Below are positions 12,817-24,400 of a stretch of 64,000 bases of DNA, piece by piece (the stretch's first letter is position 1; each line of letters opens with the position of its first letter). The DNA is from Dipteris shenzhenensis (lineage: Eukaryota), in the NCBI GenBank assembly GCA_047967505.1, contig CM106538.1. One strand, given 5' to 3'. Both the position numbers and the translations under genes were made by a program. The notes below the pieces were generated by a model, which was not told the DNA's origin, did no database searches, and worked only from the letters and a program-made list of their open reading frames with translations.

Positions 12817-13340
12817 TCAACGAACAGTTTTTTTAGTGTTGAGATATTTTATATGTCGAGCGATTTGAGCTATGGTCTTAGTACTATGACCTATGTCTCT
12901 CACGAAGGCATCAGCAATGTTTCTGTAAGACTTTGATGGTGTTTCTTGTAGCATTGAAAGAAGTTTTTCATTGTCGTATAATGACCATGGACTGCGAGAA
13001 TAGTGGTTGGTCTTGCGCTTTCTTCTTTGTTTTTCCTTCAAGATTGGTAAGGTAATAGTATTCTCAGTGCACGTTGAATGTTTTTCAAGTGCTTGGGTAC
13101 CGAGAGTCTTTATTGAAGTATTGTCAGTGTGTTCCTACATTGTCCTGTGCTGGCTTTATTTGCGTAAGATTTGTGTGTGCGCAATTACCTGGGTACTGTT
13201 ATATTCATTGTCATCTCTTTGCTTTATGAATTGCTGTGCAATCATTCTATTAGTATAGTCTTTGTGCATGTCCATTATTTGATGTAGCAAGTCATTATTC
13301 TCGGTTGTCCACTTTGTGTTTTCTCTTTGTTTTTGGTATT
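12817..13340 (-). pseudogene. Two SANT/Myb-like helix-turn-helix repeats
   Basis: KWTTENNDLLHQIMDMHKDYTNRMIAQQF and PWSLYDNEKLLSMLQETPSKSYRNIADAF. Copy B has a similar WNEKDANEIQQIL...SAKEVASLF. Confidence 0.55.
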
Positions 13341-13380
13341 GTGTTCATGTCATTGTCATTATCTTGTGTTGCGACATGAA

Positions 13381-13929
13381 TCAACTCCATTTTGGTAATT
13401 GGTACACGTTCCTCTGAACATGGATATTGATCGAGAATAGGCAAATTGGCTCAAAGTGTTGTACGTGACCAGGTCTATCATCGTATGCTATTTGCATAGC
13501 AGGCATCTGAAAGCAATTGCCGTGTGTTATTATGATATGAGAGTAATGTTGCAACCAAACAACAATAGGCCTGAGCAGCAGATCTGATATCCACTGGATT
13601 GAAAAGTAATCACCCCACAAGCCAACATGTTCAGCTGGTAAAGCCATTCGGTAGAGATACTCACCTGGTGTCTGGACATTCTGAAGACTTTGTAAGAACT
13701 CTGGTGCAAGGGCACATGATAAGCAGGATAGTGCAATGTTATTTTGCTGCTGAAGCTTTTGCATAAAATGTTGTACCATCATGTGTTGCAAGGTCATGGA
13801 TGTGAAACTCTTTCCTATGCAATATGAAATAGAATCAAACAGATAGTCACCGCCTTTGTATGGGTAGTTGGAAATCTGTATGCATTGCCGGGTCAACAAA
13901 ACATTGTCGAGCGAAATTAATTGTTGCAT
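13381..13929 (-). pseudogene. OTU-like cysteine protease domain at the N-terminus of the copy A polyprotein
   Basis: KGGDYLFDSIS (OTU GDCLF box, Cys now Tyr), YLYRM, WGDYFSIQWISDLLLRPIVVW, HFEPI. Confidence 0.75.
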
Positions 13930-14149
13930 AGGTTTAGATCGTGCATTTTGTTTGTCATTGTTTTTTGTGATATTTTAATGATGCAATATATTACATTACA
14001 AGCTTTATTGCAATTGAAATAGTACAACAACTGTACATCGAACTCATAATGTCATTTATATCTGACAAAAAAGCATTGGAAGTGTTACTGTAAACTGGAT
14101 TGCGTTCACAACCACCTAGTCCTCCATTCTCCTCTTCCCTTTTTCAAAC

Positions 14150-15560
14150 GCTTCAGCTAAGATATGTACAGCTCATGGAATTGTTTAGCAAGAACCGAGT
14201 ACTAGATTTGTTCTATATCATTGAAACCAGTAACACTCATAGATGCATTGACGTGAAATCCACCGAATTTCTTTATCTTGGAGATTTTTTTGCGAAATGC
14301 GACTTCATCTTGCATAAAGTAGGTAACTATGTCTTCATCAATTTGCATAGCAGGGAGCCATGGTTCACGTACAGTGACGCTGACAATCTCTCCATCTAGA
14401 GCCAAGACCTACCCATGCATTTGTGAAACATGTACGAAGTCCACTTTTTTTTAACACCGTTCACAGAAAAAGGAATCCCGTGCCACTTTAATTAATGATG
14501 TTGCATTATTGCATTCGACACAAGTATTGAAGTATGGTGCTCCAGTGTTCTCAAAGGTAAATTTCCCAATGATCTGTTAATATAACAACATAAGAGGCTT
14601 GAATGTATATTTTTTTAAAATTGCATCCGTGCGTTTTAAAATAGAAGTGAAATAGTGCAATAAAAGTGAAATTGTAGTTTACCTCTTTCACGGAGCTTTT
14701 TTCTAATTTGTGGAATACAACTACCTCTGTCAGCTTCTTGACATCTTCTTCATATGTTACAGGAAATGCGAAAGAGCAACTCGTAAATAGCAATTTCCTT
14801 GTTGTTGAATCATCGTTTGTGAGCCCCACATTTTTCACAACGTATGTTGTTGTGTGACCACTAAGGAGCTCCTCAAGCATGTTCTTTTTAACATCTTCAA
14901 AGTCATCCCAAAAAGCAAGCTACAGTACAAGCAAAAAAGTGGTTAAAGTAAACCAAATAAGAAGTATGACCAAGATAATGGTTTTTCATACTCACATTTG
15001 TTAACTTTATGTGATAAGTAGTACTCACTATTGTAACATCCTTGAATGTTGTTCCATCGGCAACTTTTAGAAAGTGTTGCTTCGCATATTGTCCTTCGAT
15101 GTAGTACAGCGAATTGAACAATTATTGAAATGAACCTCTCCGTTTCCTTGCAAAAGCTTGCAATGTCAACTGTTGGGAACATTTATAAGCGAACCTCGAA
15201 TTTTGGAATTGATGTCATACATGTTCCACTAGTTTGATTAGAAACTCTGAATCACCTTTTTCATATATGTTTCCTTTTCTTCTTATTACTTGAAAGTTTT
15301 TGACTCGAACACAAGTGTCTTGTTTAATTAGTTTCTCGTGAAAAGCAATCAAGGTATTGTCAAGCTGTAATGTGACTATGATCAACCCCAACTTGTTTGT
15401 TAAATCTGCACAGACATTTTGGTACTTGGAGTCTTTTTTCTTGTCATACGTGCCGTACCTATTTAAAATTAAACCCTCAAAGGTGACATCTCATATGTTC
15501 ACCTGGAGGTCTTTTATTTGAACAACCTCAAGTATTGAGTTTATCTCTAGACAGATTTTA
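14150..15560 (-). pseudogene. RPA70-like multi-OB-fold ssDNA-binding protein, intron-containing (copy A)
   Basis: IKDLQVNI*DVTFEGLILNRYGTY...ADLTNK...VRVKNFQV; KVADGTTFKDVTI, then a GTGAGT..AG intron (14920-15028), then LAFWDD. Confidence 0.7.
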
Positions 15561-16329
15561 CTTGGTACAGCGGAGTGCTTCTTCTCTATGCTGGTAATAT
15601 TACTTTTACCAATAGCTTTTTTTTGCAACAGGCAAAAGCTCATCATCGTGTTCTCTTTTTTGAGTGCCTAACGCTTGCTTTTTCGTTTCCATATTTCAAA
15701 GCATGCTTACCTGCCAAACCAATAAAAAAGTTACTGAGATCAATATACACTTCCTCAATGTGAAATGTAAATTACAATGTATTAAAATATATTATCATAC
15801 TTATACCTATATGAATACATGTACATGCACACGTGGACATCTACTCACGCATGTGCATATACCTATACATGTACGTATGTACATGAAGCTATATATAGTG
15901 TACGTATTTGTAGAATCCATGCAATAGTGAAAGTGTATTTTAGTTGTTCTAAAACAACGAACTATTATAACAATATATACTTAAACATTTAAAAGCATTC
16001 ACATTAGAGATAAAATAAGTCTCGTTGATATTGTACTTGTACCTTGACAAATAAATTTTCAAGTATTCTAGGACTTGTTTATGATAGTGTCTTTGTATTT
16101 TTTTAAAGGATCTTTTGTAATAGCTTTTGATTTGTTTACGCTTCACTATCAATGGCATAAACTACACCTATATAAAAACATTTACCTGCAAAAGTTTTTT
16201 TCTATGGAAAGTCAGTACAAGAGAAAAGAACAATCAAGTAGCTACATTGTATGTGGGTACTGTAAATAAAAATTACAAATTGAAAAACAAATCAGTAGCT
16301 TTCAAATACTATTTATTTATTATCATATC

Positions 16330-17630
16330 GAAGTCCTGACTTCGTGGAAGCCTCTATTCCAAGATTACAAGCACTGGTCATCATGAAGCTTATTCAATAT
16401 ATATCTTTCCTTGGGTGCACTAGTATATTCTATCACTTTTAGTAATTTGCTAATGTTAAAGCAAAGTGAATAGATATCCTGCACTTTGCAATATCGTGGA
16501 GGATTAATGCTGAAACATTCAGGTGCAACATGTCGACATTTCTGTTTGTGTTGCTTGAATGTTTCAACAGAACCATCTGGAAGAGTTGGAAATGTTTTTA
16601 GAAGTATCGGTCTTGGTGCTTAAGCTCCATCCCACTAAACCAAAAAAAGCATCATCTGTTTCCTGCGAGAAATGAACCATTATATTTCTAGAGTGTAAGT
16701 TGTTGTGTAGAATGCCTTTACTATGTATGTATTTGATAGTTTCAATTAAGCCATTGATGATGTCAAATATGTGGCACTTAAAGCATTCCAAAGTGCCCAC
16801 TTCTTTAGATATATCTAAGAAATCCTTAGGTACAGATCTAGAAGTATTTGCATTCATCAAGTATGGCCATCTATCCAAATGGCTACCGTTCCAGTACCTA
16901 TATATGACCATTGGTTCATTTTCGTCTCTGACCAACCCTATTGCATTGACAATACCTGGATGAGTCACATGTATACATGTAGCCTCCAATAGTGCAAGCA
17001 CTTCTTTATTGTTCTGACTATTGCTTCACACAAAACATTTTGAAGCAAATATATCATTCTTAAAAGTCTCCTCTAAAATCTTGACCTTGTTGACCTGTGT
17101 ATAAGTGCCATTCCCTATATGTGCTTCTGGTAAAAAGATAACTTGTCTATAGTGTAACAACTTGACAGAAGGTGAAGTAACTGATGTTGACAGATATACA
17201 ATGTTGCGAACTTGTATGTTTTCTTTTTCTTTTGAGCAACTACCCTTGCCTTTGTAAGCCATGTGTAATTGTTCAAGTAAGGTAACCTTATTCCGAAAAC
17301 AAGGATCATTAGAAAATTGATGACCTAATGACTGCGCAGATATGCCAATCTGTCCGATAATTCTGAGGCATTCTCCACGTAGGTATCCCTCAGACAACAA
17401 CCAAGCTTGACTCTCAAATTTTGGCCATTTGGTACACAACTCTCTAAATGCAGTGTTTGCTAGGTGTTCCACTAAAATAGGAAAATCTTTACCATTCACA
17501 GTGAAGGCATCTCTGAGTTCCTTTTCTTGCATATTAACTAGAGTTACAACCACACACTGTGAATAGTGTCGGCGTTCCATCTTTGTTAGATCCATTCTTT
17601 TTCTTTTTTCTCCAAGGTGTTCCATGAGCT
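16330..17630 (-). pseudogene. Protein kinase pseudogene, apparently intronless
   Basis: IGNGTYTQV, FASKCF, LALLEA, HPGIV, LHNNLHSRNI, HVAPECF, DIYSL. In-frame TGA at 17026-17028 and a frameshift near 16600. Confidence 0.85.
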
Positions 17631-18179
17631 GCAACATTTTACAAAATAAGAGCCTATACAAAATAGTAGAACAAATATTGGAAAAGATATAAACATTGTT
17701 TAAATACAAAAAGATAATTCCATCATTAAATAAACTTAGGATAGTTACAATGTTCTAATGCATAATAAAATGCACACACTATTAAAAGTACGATGAAACT
17801 AAAGCTATATTTGTGCACTCCTTGTAAAAAAAACTACTATAACAATATATCGTAAACATAATGAGACCTTTTTTACAGTATTTATGCTATTCTATTATGA
17901 AATCAAATGTGTAGTCTATGTACATCAAGATATATTAGTATACTTAATAAAGACGTAATATAGTTGAAAAGTGTATATATTATTCATTGTACGATGTGGT
18001 ATGTATATCAGATAGTAATAGTATATATGTATGTGTAAATTGAACTAGTTTTAGCATATGAATACTATTTCATTATGAAATAAAATGCGTATATATAACA
18101 AGTGCAATGGATCTTAGAGTGTTTACACCATTTTATCATGAAAAAGAGTGTATATACCAAGCTATTTATATATATTAAG

Positions 18180-19700
18180 AAGAACTACAGTAAAGGTTAA
18201 ATTGTAAATATTATGTTTAGAAAAGATATATTATACACATGGTATTTACACAAACGAAACAAGTCTTGGAATGTCCACATTGTTCCAGTCCAGAATAAAA
18301 TGTACACAACAAGTACAATAACTCTTAGAATGTTCACACTATCCCATTCTAGGATAGAATGCACACACTAAGTTTGCACATAAATTATTAGACACTTAGT
18401 GTTCATACAAACGAAACAAGTCTTAGAATGTTCACATTGTTCTAGTATAAAACAAAATGTACACACTAAGTACAATTCTTAGAATGTTCACACTATCCCA
18501 TTCTAGGATAGAATGTACACACTAAGTAACAGTACATATGTATTTGTAAATGGGGCCAATTTTAGAATATTCATACTATTTCACTACAAAATAAAATACA
18601 TGCATATACTAAATGCAAAGAAGGTTAAAGTATATATATTATGTTTAGAAAAGATACATTACACAACTAGTATTTATACAAATGAAACAAGGATTAGAAT
18701 GTTCACATTGTTCCAGCTATATTTATATGTTAAGCAGAACTACATTAAAGGTTAAAGTGTATATATCATGTTTGGAAAAGCTATATTACACGTATAGTAT
18801 TCACATAAACAAAACAAGTATTGGAATGTTCACATTGTTCCAATACATAACAAAATGTACACACTAAGTACAATAATTCTTAGAATGTTCACACTATCCC
18901 ATTACATAATAGAATGTACACACTAAGCTCTCACAAAAATGAAACAAATCTTACAATATTTATTGTTTCAGTATTTACAGTATTTACTATTTCACTAAGT
19001 TCTCACAAAAATGAAACAAATCTTACAATATTTACTGTTTTAGTACAAAATAAAAAACAAGACAAAATGTACACGCTAAGTTTCTATATAAATTAAACAA
19101 GTCTTAGAATACTGACACTATTCCAATACAGAACAGAATGTGTATACTAAGTGTAGTAACTCTTAGAATGTTCACACTATTCCAAGGATAGAGTGCACAC
19201 ACTAAGTTATGTCAACATGTTAATTGGAGCCAAAATAAACCTTAAAGTATACACATCCACTTTAAAAGATATAAGAAGATATGCATAATACCTAAGTAAA
19301 TGAAAACAATACTAACAATCTTAGAATGCTCACACTGTTTCATTACAAAACAGAATGTGCACACTAAGTAAGACATATTAATATATTCCAACACATAACA
19401 GAATGTATTCACTAAGTGCAATAACTCTTAGAATGTTCACTCTATTCCATAAAGGGATAGAGTGCACACACTAATTATGTCAACATGTTAATTGGAGCCA
19501 AAATAAACCTTAAAGTATACACATCCACTTTAAAAGATACAAGATATGTATAATACCTATGTAAATGAAAACAATGTTAATATTCTTAGAATGCTCACAC
19601 TCTTTCATTACAAAACAGAATGTGTACATTAAGTATAACGAGTCTTTGAATGTTCACATCATTCCATTTCAGAATAGAGTGTATACACTAAGATATATTA
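18180..19700. repeat. AT-rich hierarchical minisatellite
   Basis: Recurrent CTTAGAATGTTCACACT...AGAATGTACACACTAAG units (~55-60 bp). Higher-order duplication of about 19130-19370 at about 19400-19630. Confidence 0.85.
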
Positions 19701-20089
19701 ATATACAAACAATAATAACATTAAAAATTAAAAATACAAATTAAAAGCACAAAGTTTTAATTTCAAAAAATCATATTATGTTATTATCTCCGTCGAGAAG
19801 AATGACTCCTAACTCTTCCAATTGTATTGGATACCACAAGATCGTTTTCTTGAATATCAAAATCGTATGCTATTGTTGAGGGTTCTAACACCAGGTCTAC
19901 TCTTTAAACATCATGGATTCCAGTCTCTTGCAGGGTGTAGCAACTGTCAACTATGGATTTTCTTAGACCAGAAACTCATGCTTTGAGCTACATTGGGAAT
20001 GCTACTGGCAGGCTTACCTCAATGTCTGGAGGTCTTGTTCCCGAGAGTAGTAATGCAAGGAACCTTGACCTTATTGCATCCACTATGGA

Positions 20090-20225
20090 GCTTTACATTT
20101 TCCATTTGCAATTCAACAGTTTCGTACACCTCACTAACACTAGCAGTACTCCCTTCGCTCACCACTACAACCCTTCCATCTCCTCTAATTCTGCCCCCAT
20201 TCGCTATCACAGTTGCAGAGGCGAG
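20090..20225 (+). pseudogene. Fragment of a plant TolB-like/DPP6 N-terminal-domain protein gene
   Basis: IFHLQFNSFVHLTNTSSTPFAHHYNPSISSNSAPIRYHSCRG resembles the HHxNPFISxDSxRxGYHxCRG motif of this family (recalled, not searched). Confidence 0.55.
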
Positions 20226-20539
20226 ATGACAATGGTTCTTTACCTACTACCAGCTACCATCGCTCAATCATACGTAGCATACATCTTGCTATTACCCTAC
20301 AACTGACCAACAAAATCATCTGCTACTGCCAAGAGAACTTGATTCTCTCATCAAGTTCTCGACTCACGCACGACCAACACTATCAGCCTACAAATAAAAT
20401 TTTCTATGAGCCACAAGCTCCTATGGAGCGTCTCTTTAAAGTGTCAGATGCAAAACGATGGGATTAGACACCAACAAGTCACTTTCCTCTATCTTCAAAA
20501 GAAAATCGCCGAGACCACTTCCTATGCTCGAACCAACAC

Positions 20540-20675
20540 GATCAGGAGATGATGTTTTCTGGGAAGCGGACTGAATGTGTCGGATTTCAGGGATGAGTCG
20601 CACTCCAATGCTTCGGATCATTCGGCCTTTGTGCGAACTTACGGGATGTACCTGGACGAACGGTTGGATTACTAG
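20540..20675 (+). pseudogene. ANTH-domain clathrin assembly protein gene fragment
   Basis: LNVSDFRDESHSNASDHSAFVRTYGMYLDERLDY matches the plant ANTH motif LNxSDFRDxSxSNxWDxSAFVRTYxxYLDERL. Confidence 0.85.
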
Positions 20676-20715
20676 ATTGGATCGCTTGCGAAGGTCACGC
20701 TGTTTCTGAATTGGA

Positions 20716-21400
20716 ACTACAAGTGGGGATTTGTCTCGGACATACAATCCATTTCCTTTCCCAGGACACCATCAGGCTCATCTCTGCAAAGAAAAATGAG
20801 CCCTCATGCCTTCTTGAGTTTCGCATCAACGCTTACAAACACTGGCTCAAGATGAATGAGCCCCACTGGTCTGATAACCTTTATCCCCCCATCGACTTCC
20901 AAGACTTCTGCTACAACTCCGAACCCCAACAAAAAGAGAAGAAGAAAAAAGCTTGGATGAGGTACACCCTGCCCTCCTCGAAACTTTCCAGAAACTAGGT
21001 GTGCCACTCATACAACAGAAACAACTGACCAATGTCGCTGTGAATGCCGTCTTTGACAATTTCTATGCTGCGCTCAACTCCGCCGTCTTTAGTGGTGGTT
21101 CCTTTTGTTACATTTCTAAAGGCGTTCGATCTCCCATGGAACTTGCGACTTACTTCAGAATCAATTCCATAGAAACACGCCAATTTGACCACATGGCACA
21201 CCCTCATCGCAGATGAGGGAAGCGATGTCACCTTTGAAGGCTGCACCGCTCCTTCCTACGATAAATACCAGCTCCATACTCCCGTACTTAAACTCTATTG
21301 CGCCGAGGGCGCCAAAAACAAGTACTCAACTATGCAGAACTGATACGCTGGTAAAAGGTAAACGTGGGATTTACAACTTCGTGATAAACAGACTATGCGC
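20716..21400 (+). pseudogene. sufB: SufB (plastid Fe-S assembly scaffold) gene fragment, internally deleted and frameshifted
   Basis: [55 protein letters not shown] joined to [46 protein letters not shown]. Confidence 0.92.
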
Positions 21401-24400
21401 AATTGCACGAGAACCAGAAACCGTTCCTTGTATCTCTAACCTCCATTCAAAATTATACACGATTTTCATGACAGAGCGGACAAACACAAAAAACAATCAA
21501 AATAGTTGCCCACAACGTTGGAAAAATGGGCATTTGTATTAGTAGGAGGGACACGATGCCGGATTAACATAAGGTTGCTAAGAGATTGAGCGCATGCCCG
21601 ATTAAGCTATAGTAAATGAGGCAATTAATCGAATCTTCTGGGTGCCTCTCGACTCGAAGCTTCTGGGTGCCTCTGCATGCTTGTATATCCCCCTCCTCTC
21701 TCCCTTGCGCTGCGCCCCTCTCCGCTGGCTTCTCTCTCTCTCTCTCTTTCTGTCTCTCTCTCTCGGCTTCCTTGCTTTCTCACACACACACTCTCTCTTT
21801 CTCTCTCGCATCATCCACCGTAACCCACCTTCAAAAGCAATCGCTTGAACATCAACAACAGGTTTATTGCTTCTAAGCCTTCTCCTTCTTCCTCAAATCT
21901 ATAGCTCGATCTCTACATCCTCCTCCTCTTGCTCTATTTCCATCCTCTCTCCATGGTTGACATCGCAACCCTCACCACCGTCATTTTTCGCCTCTATAAT
22001 CTTGTATGTCGCTTTAGCAACTTTTCAAAGAAATGAACGAATGTAATTGTTTCACTGTCCTATGCAATATCACGATGTAATGGTTTCTGAATTTTCTGTG
22101 CAAAATTAGAATTCTAACATGATTGATTTGAAGCGAAGATGTTAAGTAGATTAAGAGATCTGAATTTTTGAAATCAGTCGACCCATTAGTTAGGGATTGC
22201 GACAATTGAAGTGGAATGCATTCCACTTCTTTCATGTGCATTCCATATCTTTCAGCCACTGAAGACGTAACACCCTACCTCCGTAAATATTTCGACAAAA
22301 CTTTCGCAACTTCAATGCTTCCTCTCGCACAAGCCTCAGAATCAAGTTTTTGCACCTTCTCAAAGCCTCTCGCTACAGATGCCAGCAATTTTCCACAAAA
22401 CAAACGCTCCACGGACATCACCAAAAACGCTCCAAAACGAAAACAGAAACGCAAGCCACCCATGAACCAAAAAACAAAAAGAAACGTGCCACGTGGCAGC
22501 AAACGGTGAGGGACACTTTTTTGTCAAAAGTATCACTAGAGCGCAGCAGTGCTAACAAAATTGTATTATAGAGAAGCATATACATAGAAAAAGAACCAAC
22601 TGCCTTTAAGCAAAAGGCAGAAACTTTCAACCCATAAATGACTTCAAGCTTTGAGGGACTCATTCTTACGACCAAAAAACTGAACTGTTGTTCTGCTTTC
22701 TTCAATGGCAGCCTGAGCCGATTCGGAGGCCTATTAAAGTTTAATTTCCATACCTGCACGAGGACTCTTCCTCTAACTGTCTACCAGATTTTCTATAAGG
22801 CATTGTTCATCCCTCCTTTATCTCCCAACAGTGCTATCTTCTACTTGACTTTAATGTGAATTTGAATGCTGCTCAAGCTTCTGACCACTTCCCTCCAAAC
22901 TTCCCGCGTGAACGAGCATTCCTAGAAAACAAGGAAACCCATATGGGATTCACTTGTTATGCCTCCATGAGGTTGTAGAAGTACTATTACAAAAAACATC
23001 ACAAGCTTGCAAAGGCCAAGAATCATTTACCAAGCAAGCTGCATGGCGTCCTTTTGTGATGTTTCATGTGGCAATAAATATTTACCTACAAGCCCTAACT
23101 GTAATGTGTGCCACAAAACTAGATTAAAAAACATCCACTTGTAGAATTGAATTCCTTGTTGAACCCAGAGATTCAATTGCAAGGCAGAAGACGAAGCCAA
23201 GAGCCCCAAGCAAAAGGTGAAGTAGCATAGTGGTCAATTGATTCTTCCACCCCATGACTTCCTGGAAGGAGTAGTTGAAGGACTAGCATATGATTAGCAC
23301 AATGAACCCAACCACTAGTCTCGTAAAGACAAGCTATTTTTGTTACACGTGCCTCATTAACACTCAATTTTCACTTGTAATTAAAAATAATAATAATTAA
23401 GTTATCATCCTATAAAAATTGCCTTTTAATAGCCCAATGCCCTTTAAAAAATAGTTTGCTTTCTCTTCTACATCCAAAAGCAAGCAGTGCCCGCGTGCGC
23501 TTATGCACTTTGGTTTATGAAGAGAGAGGACCTCGCTTACATTATTACCCCAATCACCTCATAAATTAGCCAATTAACCTATGCTTTTACATAGCTTAAT
23601 CCCTCAAACTATATTGTACTAAAGAGATGCAATTCACCTTACATCCTTACTTAGTCCAGTGCTTAGTCAAGTGGGCCTAATTGAAACTCATAGACATGAT
23701 ACAATCAAAAGAATGTACATTGTTTACTCTCCATAGGCAATGGCCCACCATGAACAAATAGTGCTTAAAGAAAGAACAATATTACAACAACATGCTTACC
23801 AAATCAAACTAAAATTGGTGATTTGGGCATATCATAGTTTATATGAGAAGCTCTAGGGTCCCTGTGCAGCGCCCATGCAGGAGGCTGCTGGTAATAATGG
23901 TTTTATGGCATCATACATCTGCCTCTATTCTATTTATCTTCCCAAACTCCAATGATCTCTTGTTGTCACTTATGATATGTTCGACTTTGACATGTTCAAC
24001 GTGTTGTCATACATATAGTTGCATTATTTTGTGGAGGATAGTGCTAGAGAGGGAGGGTTTGGAGGCTGATATAATATAAGGGGGCAAAAGTGGTGGAGGC
24101 ATGGGGGGGCAAAGGGATCGGGTTACGTTAAATTCCTTCTCGAGGTTTGTATGACATCATCTACCAAAGCTTATGTAGTTTGCATGCTTCAAAACTTTTA
24201 CTTGTTTTAAATAAAATAATATATGTTGCTTTACTTGATCTTGAGCTCCTTACTATGTTTAAATGTTGGTGGTGGATGCATCGCGGGTAGCATTTGCATC
24301 ATTACTATCTTAATTTGTGATACTTTTGTGGTCATCTCATGCACCAAAGTTTTATTTTTGGGATTTTAAAATGAAATTAGGAATGCACATATTCATGATG

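Larger units (their letters stand above)
8250..15760 (-). mobile_element. Helentron/HLE2-type rolling-circle transposon, copy A (decayed; termini not resolved)
   Basis: Rep motifs FFVTF, EAQNRGSLHEHVLLW and AASYCTSYITK. PIF1 motifs GGAGTRKS, AYTGKAA and IDEISLVG. C-terminal endonuclease, upstream OTU-like domain and RPA-like gene. Many stops and frameshifts. Confidence 0.9.

Noticed and set aside
18180-19700. CRISPR-like appearance of regularly spaced repeats
   Set aside because: The intervening sequences are related to each other, the repeats are degenerate, there are no cas genes and the context is eukaryotic.
20716-21400. SufB as bacterial contamination, HGT or plastid DNA insertion
   Set aside because: No sufC/sufD neighbours. 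It resembles the nuclear-encoded plant protein, land-plant plastomes lack sufB, and it sits beside eukaryote-specific ANTH sequence.
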